Of a DNA stretch of 64,000 bases, positions 25,017-37,460 are shown piece after piece. The notes under the pieces were generated by a model, which did no database searches, had not been told where the DNA came from, and saw only the letters and a program-made list of their open reading frames with translations. Made by a program: the position numbers and the translations under genes. Source of the stretch: Fistulifera solaris (taxonomy: Eukaryota); assembly GCA_030295235.1 (NCBI GenBank), contig AP026133.1:806001-870000 (forward strand). The letters are read 5' to 3'. Every line of letters starts with the position of its first letter. The first letter of the stretch is position 1.

Positions 25017-26288
25017 CGTGTTGCAACGCGTAGGAAATGTCTATCCGATTTGTATTATGAATCTTGTTAGCTTTCGTTTCGGTATCCAAAAAAGGCAAGG
25101 CAAATGTGGCCCCTTCGACCAGATCAGTCGTCGTTCGCTGCCACGCCACCTCCTATTCATTCAAAGAACAGAACGATTGTCCGCATCCGGTACTCACGTT
25201 CGCGATGACGATCATTCGAGTAACTTCGAAATGTACTGCTGAACCTGATCTCATTCATTCGTCAAGGAAGCGGTTCAGAACAGGGAATGCAAAGAAGCAT
25301 TCATTGGCAGCAACGTGGCAACATTTTACGAAAGCGAACAGCGAACGTTTCGTAGCAAGGATAGACTGAGTACAAAGTAGGTTGCCAATTGCCACATGTC
25401 CGGTGCGCACGAGTTTTGTTTCCTTTGTATACCACGTCGTCGGTCGTCGTCGTTGTTCCACACGCCCTTCAACAATGAAGTTGAAATTCATTGCGGAGAC
25501 GACGCCAACTACTAACTACTAGCCCCTTGGTCAAAACCAAAACGCGGCTCGCTGCTCTCAAGGTTGGGAGTGAGAAAACAGAAAACGCACGCTCCGGATG
25601 GAGAAAAGGCGCCGACCAAAGCCGGAAGCCGGAACCAGAAGGCAAAGGAACAAAGGTTTTTCTCTAGGAAAGCGCATAGAGAAAGTACGAAGTCATTAGA
25701 TAGAGGATAAAGACAGAGTATTTTTCCGCAATCTTCAAGTCGGTGCCATAGCTTTGTTGATGGACAAACTGCGACCTTGAATGGAAGGAGGAGCTGCGAA
25801 ACTAATTATCTTTGCAAGGAGGATAAATGTGGCAAATGCAAATGCTAGTTATTGTCAAGCAGAAAGCAATCGCTTCAAAACAGCAATTCTGACTCATGAC
25901 TGATTTTTAGTCGTGGTGAAGAACCACCTATATTATTTGGAACTATAGCTAATCTTGAGGCGCAACAATAAGGAGGATTTTCTCTTCAAAACGAATGATT
26001 GATGTGTGCGTAGTGTGTAGTGTAACTTCGCTTTGAAACACAAACCAATACCAGGTAACGATTTTGGCATTCAATGATAAACCGGTTCATGACAGAAAGG
26101 TTTCAGTCGTGGCTACGTTCATACTTTGAACACTGTGGGATTATTACCTGGTACTTGTTAACCTTCTCGACGTCATCATGACGACTTTTTAGAGATCGCA
26201 AGAAAACAAGGGGGCGAAAAGATGCGATGCGGAAACCAAGAATAGAAAATAATTCGTAATAACAATGGATCTCTACTTTTAAAAATGC

Positions 26289-28095
26289 ATGGGAAGCATG
26301 GAAACGCCAAATCTGACAAGCGAACCTACGCAAGTCAATGAGACTCGAACGACAGCGCTTGATATCGCGGAAGAGGAACACGAATACGACGCCGTAACAG
26401 CTGTTTTGATCAATGTGACCTTGATTGGTTGCTTGTTGCTAGCGTATTATGTGAAGCGATTCCGAATATACTCGCTTCCTGAATCAGCGGGAGCACTTTT
26501 GATAGGCGTGCTGGTTGGTGGAGTAGCGAGGCTTTGTACCAACAGGCTTGTTCTTTTGAATTTGTAAGTATCAATCACATAAAATATTGCCGGTATTGAA
26601 TGCATGTCTCAGCTTTCTTCGCCTTCAGTCCTCAGAGGTATTTTTCTTCGTTCTTTTACCCCCAATTATTTTCGAAGCTGGTTACTCGTTAAAGCGCAAA
26701 GATTTTTTCGAAAATATTGGTGCAATTACCTTGTACGCCATGCTCGGGACTATGATATCTACGTTCGTCGTCGGCGGACTTTGTTATTATTCAGCTATCC
26801 TGGGGATCATACCAGATATCGATAAAGAAAACCCAATGGAAGCTTTGTTGTTCGGAGCGCTCATTAGCGCGGTCGATCCCGTTGCAACTCTCTCGATTAT
26901 GGGAAATACCCATTTGAACTGTGATCCGCTGCTTTATAGTTTGGTATTCGGCGAGTCTGTCCTCAATGACGCTGTCGCCATCTCACTGTTCAAGGTCTTT
27001 GCGAAATACTACAAACCTACAGGTCCGGACCTGTCACAAACCGAAATCCCTGCGGCTTTGGGCTCGTTCCTCTTCGTCTCTCTCTTCTCCGTTTTTGTGG
27101 GTGTCGGGCTTGGGCTTGTTGCGAGCCATCTTTACAAACACACCGATTTGTCGGAGTTTCCTCACTTGGAGACCTCGTTGCTATTTTGTTTTTGCTACCT
27201 GTGCTATGCGACGTCGGAGGCTGTAGGGTTGTCGGGAATCATGAGCTTATTTTTTCAGGGAATGGTTTTGTCTCATTACAACTCTTACAATCTATCCCCG
27301 ACTGCACACGTTGCATCCGAGCACATTTTTTCGACCTTGGCGACTGTTGCTGAAACTGTCGTTTTTCTTTACATGGGGATGTCACTTTTCACTGCACGTT
27401 TCAGCAAGTACAACGTGCTCTTCTCGCTAGTAGCGCTGGTCTTTTGTCTCATCGGCCGCGCTTTGAACATATTTCCACTTTCTTGGCTGGCCAATCTATG
27501 CCGTCAAAACCCCTCAAATTCTGCTGAAAGTAGTGGCGGTCGTCTTATCTCATTTTCAATGCAATGTGTGCTTTGCTTCGCGGGGTTGAGAGGTGCCATT
27601 GCTTTCGCGCTAGCTTCAGGTATGCCTGGCCCGAATAGAGAAGTTTACGCCACAGCCACTCTATTCATTTGCATTTTTACGACGGTCGTTTGCGGAGGTC
27701 TAACGGACACCGTTCTAACCTATTTTGACATGAAGCAGTCTAGGTCTATGGCCATTAATGATGATGACAATGACAGCCACGACGCTATAAGCACAAACCG
27801 TTTGACTTACAGTCCCCACAATGGCAACTCTACAAACAAACTCGTCCATCACCTACCTCTGGTGCGCCGAACTAGCACCAAAGTGTACAATGGCGCAAAG
27901 AAGGCATGGAAGCAATTCGAAAACGATGTTCTGAAACCCAACTTTGGAGGACGCTCGAATGTAGAATCTGGGACTGGGACGCATCCTTTTCTAGAAGGCG
28001 GGGCCAACGGCCGTGGGAATTATGAGCTGGGCTTCTTCAATTCCAGTGACGGTGACGAGGGAGAATTTGAGCGAAGTTATGATGAGTCTGAGTGA
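26289..28095 (+). CDS. CPA1 Na+/H+ exchanger (intracellular NHX/NHE type)
   Basis: LPES, FFFVLLPPIIFEAGY, FGALISAVDPVATL, LVFGESVLNDAV and GLRGAIAFALA. Intron 26564-26628 with a frameshift just upstream of it. Confidence 0.95.
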
Positions 28096-28168
28096 AGGAG
28101 AAAGCCGGAGCAGGTAGGGGGTCTACAATACACTCTTTTATAATTATTCGGAGTTTGTTTGAGCTTTG

Positions 28169-30098
28169 TCATCGCTCAGTTTGAATAGCGTTTCGCCAAG
28201 CTTGTGGAAACATCTCATTGGGTATTCGAATATCGTGGCGAAAGGCATTCGTGAGAAAGATATCAGAAGTATAAGGCTTGTCTACAAACCGAATCGCTTG
28301 TCGTGGTAAATGTTCCTCGAGGTGATTGATAAGGAGGCTGTCGTCATCAGGGTCTGGTTCTTTCATGACAACGGTATACCGTAGTTGCCCGTCAATTCGT
28401 TCAACGCGCATGATTTCACAAGGAAGCAATTCGTCTCTATGTGACCGAAGATAGTCATCGATTGTGTTATTTGCCGCGAACTCTTCCCAATCGTCGTTAT
28501 CGAGAAACAATTTTTCACATTTAATTTCCACGTTCGCAGGGTATCTGGGAGACTCGATCTGATCAAACTCGGTGTAAAGCCGGCTTCGCTTGTCTGCATT
28601 AAGTTGTCTAGCCGATGTATAATTGCCAAGATCATCACGATGATCCTTAACTTGTTGTTGCCATTTCACCAAATGTCCATGCCATGCTTGCTCCCATTCT
28701 TCTCCATAATCAAGATAAATCTCTTCACCCGCTTGAATGTCTCGCAACGCCACTAGCTCGAAAGCCAGCTTGGCTGTCGCATTCGTGTCGAGCTCTTCAA
28801 GGGAACGTTCCAATAGTTCCGGCATGTGGTTGCCGCGTTGTGGATCCGCCCATCGCAATCTGACATTAGCTTTCGTTGCATTGTGATTGATATAGTTGAC
28901 CATGGGACCGTACGGACAAAGTAAAAGTGTGCTTTCGCCGTGCCCATAACAATAGTTCAATAGTATCTGTTGACCCAAAAGACCTTTCGATCGGCTAGGC
29001 CTAAGCTGCTTTGATCGCGTTTCTAGTTGGTACATGTTGAGCCGACCGCGGTCCGATATGTGAATAAGGGGCACGTGTGCTACAACAGTGTCCACGGGAA
29101 GAAAGCGAGAGGCAAAGGCCCCGCGACCCGCTTGGGCCAATTCAGATGGACCTGCCTTCAGATGGTCACCGCATGTTCCATGTTCTTCAATCCATTCCAA
29201 TGATCGGGTACTTTGCAGCTTTCGTAAGCTCTGCAAGCTCATCTTTTCAATATTTCCAGCTCGTTGGGGTCATCGTGGTGGAACGCACCCAGAATCCTTG
29301 AACCGTCGAATTTATTGTTCCGAATAAAGACATCCCAGAGCTCCTTTGCCATTTCTTCAGGTATACCTTGTTCTTTGTCAACTTGAATTAGTTTTCGGAA
29401 GCTTCGAAACAGTTGATTCGCTCTTTTAAGGTCTTTGAAGAGAGGAACAGTTTTCATTTGAGGCCGAGTTTCAAACCAGTTTTCTCCGTAACTAACAAAG
29501 AATTCTTGACCAGCCGAAATGTCCCGTTTTGCCACAGAAAGACGATTCCCATACATTGAAAAGCCCCCTAAGCCGGGATCTTTCGAGCGATGCAGAGAAG
29601 CTGTTTCGTCGTAGGGCATTGGCGAATATTCTTCGACATTAAAAATGCCCAAAAGGAGTTGGCGGCAGCTCCGAAGCCCGGAGACGCCACATTGACGTGC
29701 CCGAAACCCTCATGATCCATTTGCAGTGATTCTGCATCCCAGGTGTATTCATCCCATAGGAAATTCCATTTCTCTGGACTGTATTCTCGCGCGTGACTTT
29801 CAATGTCGATGATGGGGATGACGACATCACCATATTCTTGCAACAGGTCACCCTTCCGGAAATCTCTACCAGCGTACATACCCAAACCAGCGCCAGGGAT
29901 TGTCGACGGAGCTAACCAGATGCCACACTCGGTGCTTGGGTTCGAAGGCAGAGACACTATTTCTTCCGAGATGCCTTCTTCGATTAGTGCATCTTGAGCC
30001 AGAGATCGAGTCAATACGGTGTATTCAATCGATGAGGCGTGAATGATCGCGAACGCTCCAGCAACTAGAGTAATCCACATTTTGAAGCTTGGCATCAT
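28169..30098 (-). CDS. Secretory-pathway protein with two SET-like domains (diatom-type)
   Basis: Signal peptide. SET1 has LAPSTIPGAGLGMYAG..AANS..RDISAGQEFFVSYG. SET2 has AGRGAFA..NYINH..ALRDIQAGEEIYLDYG. Frameshifts near 29645 and 29243. Confidence 0.88.
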
Positions 30099-31027
30099 TC
30101 ACAGCTAAAACGAGAGGAAATGAATACAGTGCAACAGTTGTATTCTTTAATTTTGATCATCGTTCTATGAGTGTTTTCCAAAATATTATTCGGTGGCAAG
30201 TGGCAACTTCCGAGCAACAATTTTGAAACGGATCGATCGTTTACACAAATGTATCGAGACTGCACATTTTCAACGGTTACTACCGGTACCCAGCTTGTTG
30301 TTTTAAATTCAACTGCATCTTGTATCTTGTCTCAGTGACGACACTTTCTATGGAGTCAAGAGTAGGGGTGACTTGCTCCAACGACGTCACCCGTCCTTAT
30401 CTGGACTCCAGTCCCGAGTCCCGAGACGAGGAGTCTGACTGAAATGCGGTCGTGGTTATTACGTACGTAAATTCTACACCTTAAAAGGTCGACTTATCGT
30501 TCAATTCCACAAAAACACGCCTTGCAAAAACAGACCTCATTTATGGTATCGTGATAAGAAATGGTGGTGTTGCTGCTGTTTTCTAGCGGTAGAGAAAGAC
30601 TATTTTCCGACGCAAACTGATCCCAGTCCCGGGAATAGTAATCTAAACCCATGATAACAATTAGAAGGAAGGAGATCAAAAGCTAAAGAAATACTTAATT
30701 CTTTGAATAGCCCGACGCGTCGAACGCACCACGTAGAACTTGCTCCGCACATGCAAGAAGGTGTCGGTGATGCTTTTATTTCTTTTGCGGCTTCATTGAC
30801 TTTCTTGCTTTATAAAGAAAAAGTTTATTCGTGCTGGAAACAAGTCTGCTCTCCTTTCCGAGTGTCGGCTTTATTCTTTGATGCAGATAGAAATACTAGT
30901 AAGTATGAGTAAACTGGATTCTTAGGCTTTTTCTATTCACAAACAATTTCATGAGGAGCATCTAAAACGAATATGAGTAGCAGTAAAAGGCACATAGTGC
31001 CAGATTTCCAAAACAGGATTGGTGTGC

Positions 31028-31639
31028 CTATGAGGAGGCAAGTGGTGAAACAACAGCGGCTCTCTCTTCGGAAGAATGCGACCACGATCGAAACAGTGAT
31101 GATTCCACTTCGGCTTCATTGGACTTTGCAGGTATATCCAGCAAACCCATGTTTATCATATTCGCTTGTTCAACCTCCACCAAGACCTCATTCACTTCTG
31201 AAGCTCGTGCTTCCCACGACCGCAAAAGTGCGTTAGTTTTTGGTTCAGTAGCCGCATCATCCACGAGTTCTACCACCGAGGATGCTATTGTAGTGGATGG
31301 AGATGATTGAGGCCGAAAGGATTTCGCCTCTGCTGGCAAGTGCATGTCCCCAGATTTGTCATTGATCCGCGCAGCGTTCGCTTTCCACGAACGCAGCAGT
31401 GCATGTTGACGCGATGCAGGCGTCTCCACCTCTGATATTTCCGGTACTGAAGATGCGGGGGAGGATTCGGAGGAAACTGATGGCAAAGATTCAACCGCTG
31501 CATAAGTAGCTACATCCGAGTTCGTTTCTCGTGATGCCTCGGATAGTTGCTTCGACCGCTCTTCTTCCTGTTCCTCTCGTCGTCGTTTCTCCCAAACCTT
31601 ATATCCGACAACAGCAACAGGTATCAGAAACAAGACCAT
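31028..31639 (-). CDS. Hypothetical protein with an N-terminal membrane anchor and three L[LF]RSW repeats
   Basis: Intact 203-aa ORF: short hydrophobic N-terminus, charged coil, Ser-rich linkers and the repeated motif. Confidence 0.7.
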   Translation of the reverse strand: MVLFLIPVAVVGYKVWEKRRREEQEEERSKQLSEASRETNSDVATYAAVESLPSVSSESSPASSVPEISEVETPASRQHALLRSWKANAARINDKSGDMHLPAEAKSFRPQSSPSTTIASSVVELVDDAATEPKTNALLRSWEARASEVNEVLVEVEQANMINMGLLDIPAKSNEAEVESSLFRSWSHSSEERAAVVSPLASS

Positions 31640-32161
31640 ATTGTTATATTCTGTGTTTAATCAAGACTTTGCAAGAAAGAACATAAGGAAGGCGGACACA
31701 TTCGTCGACGAGACGAAAAAAAACCGTGTCCTTCGCTGAAGGCGCGCGGAACGCGGAACTATTATTATTTTTTCTGAAGACTTTTCGAACTTCGAAGATG
31801 TCGACCTAGTTTTAGAATAAGGAGCTGGTAACAATACATAGGAAACATGGTACCCACTACCACTGTCCGAATCCTAATAGCCAAAACTGCTCCTCTAGTT
31901 AAGCTATTTAGCGTACTGCCTATTCAGATACTACGTACTAGTAACGAGGATGTAAGTACTTTTTGCCATACAGAATACCGCTCAGATTTGCATAGTGAAC
32001 ACATTTTACTTGAGAGACCAATCCGTGTCCGACACAAGACACAGCCGCGAAAACCCACTTCATGTTGCATCTCCATCGTCATGTTAAGTTGTCCGGGTAT
32101 TAACTTGAAATATCAGGATTGTAAGAAAGATTACAATTAACGAAAGAAACGAATACATCTA

Positions 32162-33256
32162 ATGCCTCAATATCTGCGAGTACGTCGTCGACGAAACGCG
32201 TCTACAGCTGCTATGCTTCGTCTCGAAGGACTCATGGACCCAGACGCTGTAAATAACAAGAGGAACAGGGATATTTCGCAAGAAGAAGAAGCCTTTTCGG
32301 GAATGAACTTGTCGTCGGAGGATAGCCATTCTGAGAGTTGCGTTGATTCGTCTGAAATATCTCTTCCCCAACGAAAAAAGATGAAACGTAGCGCCATTTG
32401 GCGTCACGTAGAATCGACGACGACAGGGCCATCTCCAACGAATGTGCAATTCATTGATGCCGTACTGGAAGATGATGAAATCGTTTCTTCCAAGCGACGA
32501 CGGACAAGTCAAAAGCTCACTTTGATCGACACTAGTACTACCGGCAGTTTCATCCCCGTGGAAACAACCAAAAAATCATCGTATAGAGTACTCAATCCAC
32601 TGGAACGTATGGTCGATGACTCGTTGAAAGAGGTATTTGTTGGCTCGAAATCGGCATATGTACACTGGAACTGGTGTCGAAATGATAGCAACTTCCTGCA
32701 CGATCGCGCGAAGTACATACAGTGGTGTGGGCAAGGAAATTTATTGCATGCATGTGCACTTTGGAATGATACGGAGACTGCTGGTGAATTGCTGATGTGG
32801 GTTTCTGCACAAGGTTCGGTAGAAATGTTAACCCAGGCTGTTGATGCAGAGGGGAATATTCCGTACAGAACAGCTCAATTAGTGGGACACAACGCCGTTG
32901 CCGACGTGATCGCATCATTTGGTGGGGATGACGATTATGTGTACGATGTTTACTGTTTAGACGAAAGCCCCCCCGATGATGATGACAGTAATCTCTCATT
33001 TTCAGCAGAAAATCCTGAGCAAGTAAAACTCTGTCATTTGGAAAACGGAGTGGGGTACTGGGATGAAAAGGGTGAGTTAGTGGTAGAAATTCCTGCGCCC
33101 CAAACCGGTTTTCGTCCCATTGACCAGGATGATGGAGACCAAGACTCGAACAGTGAAAACTGGGATGGCAACGACTACCCTGATGACGAAGATTCAGAGG
33201 ATAGCGACAAAGAAGACGATGGGACCTTTCGAAACGCAGCTTCGAATTGGTCTTGA
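32162..33256 (+). CDS. IWR1: Iwr1/SLC7A6OS-like RNA polymerase II import factor with a central ankyrin-like segment
   Basis: N-terminal LRVRRRR. DDYVYDVY and DQDSNSENWDGNDYPDDED are Iwr1 hallmarks. NLLHACAL..DAEGNIP..A...GH is ankyrin-like. Confidence 0.75.
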   Translation: MPQYLRVRRRRNASTAAMLRLEGLMDPDAVNNKRNRDISQEEEAFSGMNLSSEDSHSESCVDSSEISLPQRKKMKRSAIWRHVESTTTGPSPTNVQFIDAVLEDDEIVSSKRRRTSQKLTLIDTSTTGSFIPVETTKKSSYRVLNPLERMVDDSLKEVFVGSKSAYVHWNWCRNDSNFLHDRAKYIQWCGQGNLLHACALWNDTETAGELLMWVSAQGSVEMLTQAVDAEGNIPYRTAQLVGHNAVADVIASFGGDDDYVYDVYCLDESPPDDDDSNLSFSAENPEQVKLCHLENGVGYWDEKGELVVEIPAPQTGFRPIDQDDGDQDSNSENWDGNDYPDDEDSEDSDKEDDGTFRNAASNWS

Positions 33257-33341
33257 AATGCACTTGAGTTTGAATGCATGCATTATATTTGTATCTGTCG
33301 GTTAGAATAGTAGCGTGGTTTACTTTAGCAATGTTTTCTCT

Positions 33342-34798
33342 TTACCAATTCTCCATGACTGCAACACAGTCACCGACCGTCGCAGCCCCTCCTGTGAGTC
33401 GTTGTGCCATTTCTGTTACTTGTGGACGATTAGTACGCAGCAATACATCCGCTTCGGCGTAGGCCCATTGAAGTAAGTCTTCTCGTTCTTGTGGATTGTT
33501 TCTCCACCAGAGATCGGGACTTTTGGCTAATTCAGGTAGCTCTTCCAAACGATCTAAGAAACCAGCTGCCTCCCGGGGATCTGACATGATCAATTGAGGG
33601 TAAAAGCACGTTCCATCGCCACGGGCGCCATGAGCCATACCAACATACGTAAAATTCCCGAACTAGTGAGGAGTGAGTCGACGGGACTTTCTTTTTGAAT
33701 GGATTCGACGACGAGCACAGAGCTTTCGTACGCGTTCGGTCGAAACGCAAAACAGGGTAATCCGAGAACATAAGCTGCATACAAGGCGGCCGCTTCGCAT
33801 TTAGATTCACGTTCAGCGTCTACGGTCAGCAGCCGTGTTAAGCCCCGTACAACGTTTCCCGTCCATTTCCCTGAACCCAGTCCCAAGGGAAGCGTGTCTT
33901 TCGCAGGCAGTTTCCAGTCATCCTTATTCATTTCTTTGGCCGCCCATTGCGTTGCTTGGGTGAGAATATCATAGAAGTTATCAACAACGCCGACCGATAT
34001 CGCTCCACACAACAAAACATTCGTCAGTGGCGTAATATCGCTCATACCCAACACGTTGGCGGTCGTGCAAACCGCAAGAAACGTCCCAAACGCCAACGCT
34101 GCTGTTGTTTCTTCGACGCGATTGTCGGATGGTACGGCATCGACACTCTGCAATCGTTCTCGTCGAGTTTTGACGGTTCCGTCGGGGCATTTGACCGTTG
34201 TAGTAGGCGTGGCGGGGAGTAGCAATAGATCCGCCTGTTGTGCACCGTACTGAGCAATACCTTGGCGATTACGTCGACACAAGGAGAGGACTGCCGCCAT
34301 AGTGGGAGCGTCTTGTGTTTTGACCGTAGACTTTAGGTTCGAATGGGAAAGCGATGTTGAATGTGAGCGTCCATAAAGCGTCTTTATTTTTAACAACAAA
34401 AAATAACTTACATCAACAAGCGCCATTAAAGATCGCGGACTAGCTGGAATATTCTTCTCGTTCATTTCTTGCACCAACTGCATCGGATCTTGCAAGGCAT
34501 GTTTATCGAGATTGTTGCTTTTGTTGTCATCGAGTAATTTTGCGCACAGCCCCGTCAAGACAGCATCGTATTGATCCGGTAAAGAGAGCGCAGCGAAAGC
34601 AGAAAACAGTTGCGTCTTTTCCTCGGAGATAGCTAACGAATTATTGGCAGAGGAATCATCGCCATTCACCGACAATCTTGTGCGCGTCACGAAAGATGAA
34701 GTTGTTTGCGTCAAATGAGGCGAAAAGGCGAAGCAATTCTGATTTAGCAATAATAAGTACGTCACGCAGCAGTTTCGAAACAGGATGGACAAAGTCAT
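33342..34798 (-). CDS. Plastid-targeted short M41/FtsH-protease-domain-like protein, zinc motif degenerate
   Basis: Presequence CFA|FSP, two TM segments, ERESKCEAAALYAAYVLGLP at the HEAGH position and C-terminal TVGDCVAVME. Probable in-frame intron 34331-34411. Frameshift near 33603. Confidence 0.7.
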
Positions 34799-35104
34799 TG
34801 CAATAAAATCATGAATCGCTTACAAATGATTCAACGAGTAATTTGAAACAAAAGCCAGGAAAAAGAATGACGGTCCATTTTTGTGGTCAAGTTGAACGTT
34901 GACGTTTTTTGCGAGCATCGCACCTAGTTGTGCACAGATGTCACAGTGGCTACGCATGTCTGCCATCCGTACGAATCCAGCGCAGCGAGACGCTTTTTCT
35001 TTTTGGGACGCACAAAACCGCAATAATAAATTATTTTGTTCAACTGTAGTTGTTATTACAGTTGTACTTCTTTTAGTTTTCTTATTTTATTAACACTAGG
35101 CACC

Positions 35105-35491
35105 ATGGGAGGCGGCGGATGGTATTATGTTCCGAAGGTAAGGGGTGTGCGATGTGCGTCTAACGAGGAAACACATTTTTGAATTATCGCTTTTTGTTTA
35201 TGAATTGGATCATTTTTCTTCTGACATGACTCTCGTCTTTACATTTTCTTTCCTTTGTGCTTGTATGTTATTCATCATCAGGTTTGGTCCCCTGCTGGAG
35301 GATGGTGGAACAACCCAGCGAACTGGAAACGAAATACAGGCATTGCTGGTGCCGTAGTGGGCATATTGGCAGTGGGTCTCTTTCAAGTATCGAGCAGTCG
35401 TGAACGTCGTCCCATTCCACCGCCATGGCATATTCCCAGTCAGTACTGGTGTAAACATGCTGTAGAAGATGATCCACGCTTGGCGAAATAA
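35105..35491 (+). CDS. Small mitochondrial complex I accessory subunit, NUUM-like
   Basis: Exon 1 35105-35137 (MGGGGWYYVPK), intron 35138-35281, exon 2 VWSPAGGWWNNPANWKRNT followed by a single TM helix. Confidence 0.75.
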
Positions 35492-35809
35492 AGAATAGAA
35501 ACGGGAAAGGCTAAGATTCGCGATGCTTTTTACAAGTAAATAACAACTTTTATACTACAAAATAAGCCAGATTTGTTGCAGTTAATATCACTTTTCCAAT
35601 GTCCTTTCAAGGAAGTCGTGCACGAAGGGTTTTCATCGTTGTGGATGATCGGAAACGATAGTATAATATTAGAGTAGATGTAGAGAATCTCCAAATACAA
35701 AGGCATACATCTTTTAGTGAAACTATTGCTGAATGTGTCCTAGTTATATCGACTGTAATCGCCCTTTTCCTCTCTCGTCTTCCCTTTTCTTACTCAATCA
35801 CACGTCGCT

Positions 35810-36233
35810 TTACCAGATCTTCCACCACGGCTTTTTTCGAGTTGCAGGGTTGTCGTCTTCCTCTTCATACCTGTCTGGATCGTAGTCACCGGCCTTAAAC
35901 TTTTCCAGCATATCCTGCGACTCTTGTGCTTGCTTCTCTTCCTTTTCGTGTCTTTCTTGTGCAACCATAGCTTCTTGTCGCAAAGCCGCGATCGGGTCGT
36001 CCCCGGCAGCGGCTTGTCCGACGGCGCGCATACTGTAATAGGCTACACCCCCACAGAAACCCAAAAGAACCACGGCTAGGCTAGTATTTTTTTACATGTG
36101 TACCAGTCGACACCAAAGAAGTATCTTGTTCGATTGGGGAGGGAGCCGCGCTGCTGTCCCTGAACCGCCGGTTTGTCAAATGTCGTACGGCGGTTCGTGT
36201 CAATGGAGTCAAACGAGCTGCGGAAATTGACAT
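35810..36233 (-). CDS. COA3-like cytochrome c oxidase assembly factor
   Basis: Arg-rich presequence MSISAARLT. A frameshift at the T-run near 36090 gives KNTSLAVVLLGFCGGVAYYSMRAVGQ followed by a coiled coil. Confidence 0.6.
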
Positions 36234-36819
36234 AGGCCTCGTTAATGTGGTCGCTACTATGGTTGCGAATACAAATTTGGCAAAAGTAGAGTAATGTGAA
36301 ATATTGAGGATTACAAACAAGCGAAACGACGAAAAGTGATGCATTTGTTGCTGACTTTGGCTTGCGAAAAGAAGACGTACGACTTGCAGACCAAAGGCGT
36401 AACGTCACAATTCACAATGTCGCTATGATGATGTCACAACACCGGACTCGAGTTCAGTCCCGTTAGTCGTTAATTTCGTCTCGAGCTGTTGCCATAATAC
36501 TTTTCATTCAAACCTCAATATACACACTCCTTACCTGCTACTTCGCACTTCCTTGCCGCTATTCAGGGTTAGGGTTCGTAGATTTTGTTTTCTCGTGCTC
36601 TTCGTAAAGTTGAAAGCATAGAGCGATTACTATGGAATGGACAAGCATTTCCTTTTTAAAAGAGCTAAGAGTATCCCTGCTGCTTTCGTCGTTTTTGACT
36701 TTAACGACAATCAAATTGAGGTTGAGACCCGAATTAATACGGATAATCAAGTATGTTTGAAAAGACTATCTTTTAAACAACAATATATACTCTTAAGTAT
36801 TACTTGCTCTCTAATCTTA

Positions 36820-37460
36820 TCCCGAGACTCAAGACTCAAGGACTCAAGTCTGTTTGGACAAGAACCAAAACCAAGAGTCTCTAACGGAGGTCTACCTGGT
36901 ACTTTTACGTTAACGGTACGGTACCGGAACTTGTCTCTTGTCCTTGTCGCTTGTCTCCACTCTCCACTCTTGAATCCCCTCTGGTCTCCGGTCTGCGGTC
37001 TCTCACTGGTTACTCGTTGCTGTCGTGATTACTTTCATATTTATTAGGTTTCAGCTTCAGCTACTGTGACTGACCTGTGACAAAGGTATACTTATTTCTC
37101 CACTTTTAGCTTTTAGCTTCATCGATCAAAAAAAATCTATCGAGAAAATAGAACTAGTAAGCCGAGAGCCGAGAGCCATTTTAAAAGTTAAGGACTTAGG
37201 ACGTAGGACCACAAGTTTAAGACCCAAGAGCCAAGAGTAAAGACAGTAATGTGCAGTATATGCGATGTAAAGGGTAAAGACAATTACTGACAAGGACCAG
37301 CGGCAAATTTGCGAGCATCATTCATCATTCTCAATTCTCAATTCTTAAATCCTACTCCATATCCTAGATTCTTGAACGAAGAGAGTCTTTACTTTTTACC
37401 CGGTAGTCTATAGTTTCGGCGAAGGGGAATTTGTGAGTTGTGAGTAGTAAGTTTAAACTT
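36820..37460. repeat. Non-coding block dense in unrelated 7-bp tandem duplications
   Basis: AGACTCA x2 at 36825, TCTCCAC x2 at 36954, CTTTTAG x2 at 37103, AGCCGAG x2 at 37160, CCAAGAG x2 at 37224, CATCATT x2 at 37316, ATTCTCA x2 at 37327 and TTGTGAG x2 at 37431. Confidence 0.85.

Noticed and set aside
17531..33256. Functional clustering of GPN2 with IWR1 (Pol II biogenesis), or of HCCS, CCB3 and COA3 (cytochrome assembly)
   Set aside because: The genes are separated by many unrelated loci. There is no evidence beyond chance in a gene-dense genome.
35138..35281. Unusually long intron as a possible snoRNA host or micro-exon carrier
   Set aside because: A CTGA is present, but there is no convincing C box, terminal stem or internal AG-exon-GT.
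36565..36576. AGGGTTAGGGTT telomere-like sequence
   Set aside because: Only two units; expected by chance and not an interstitial telomere array.
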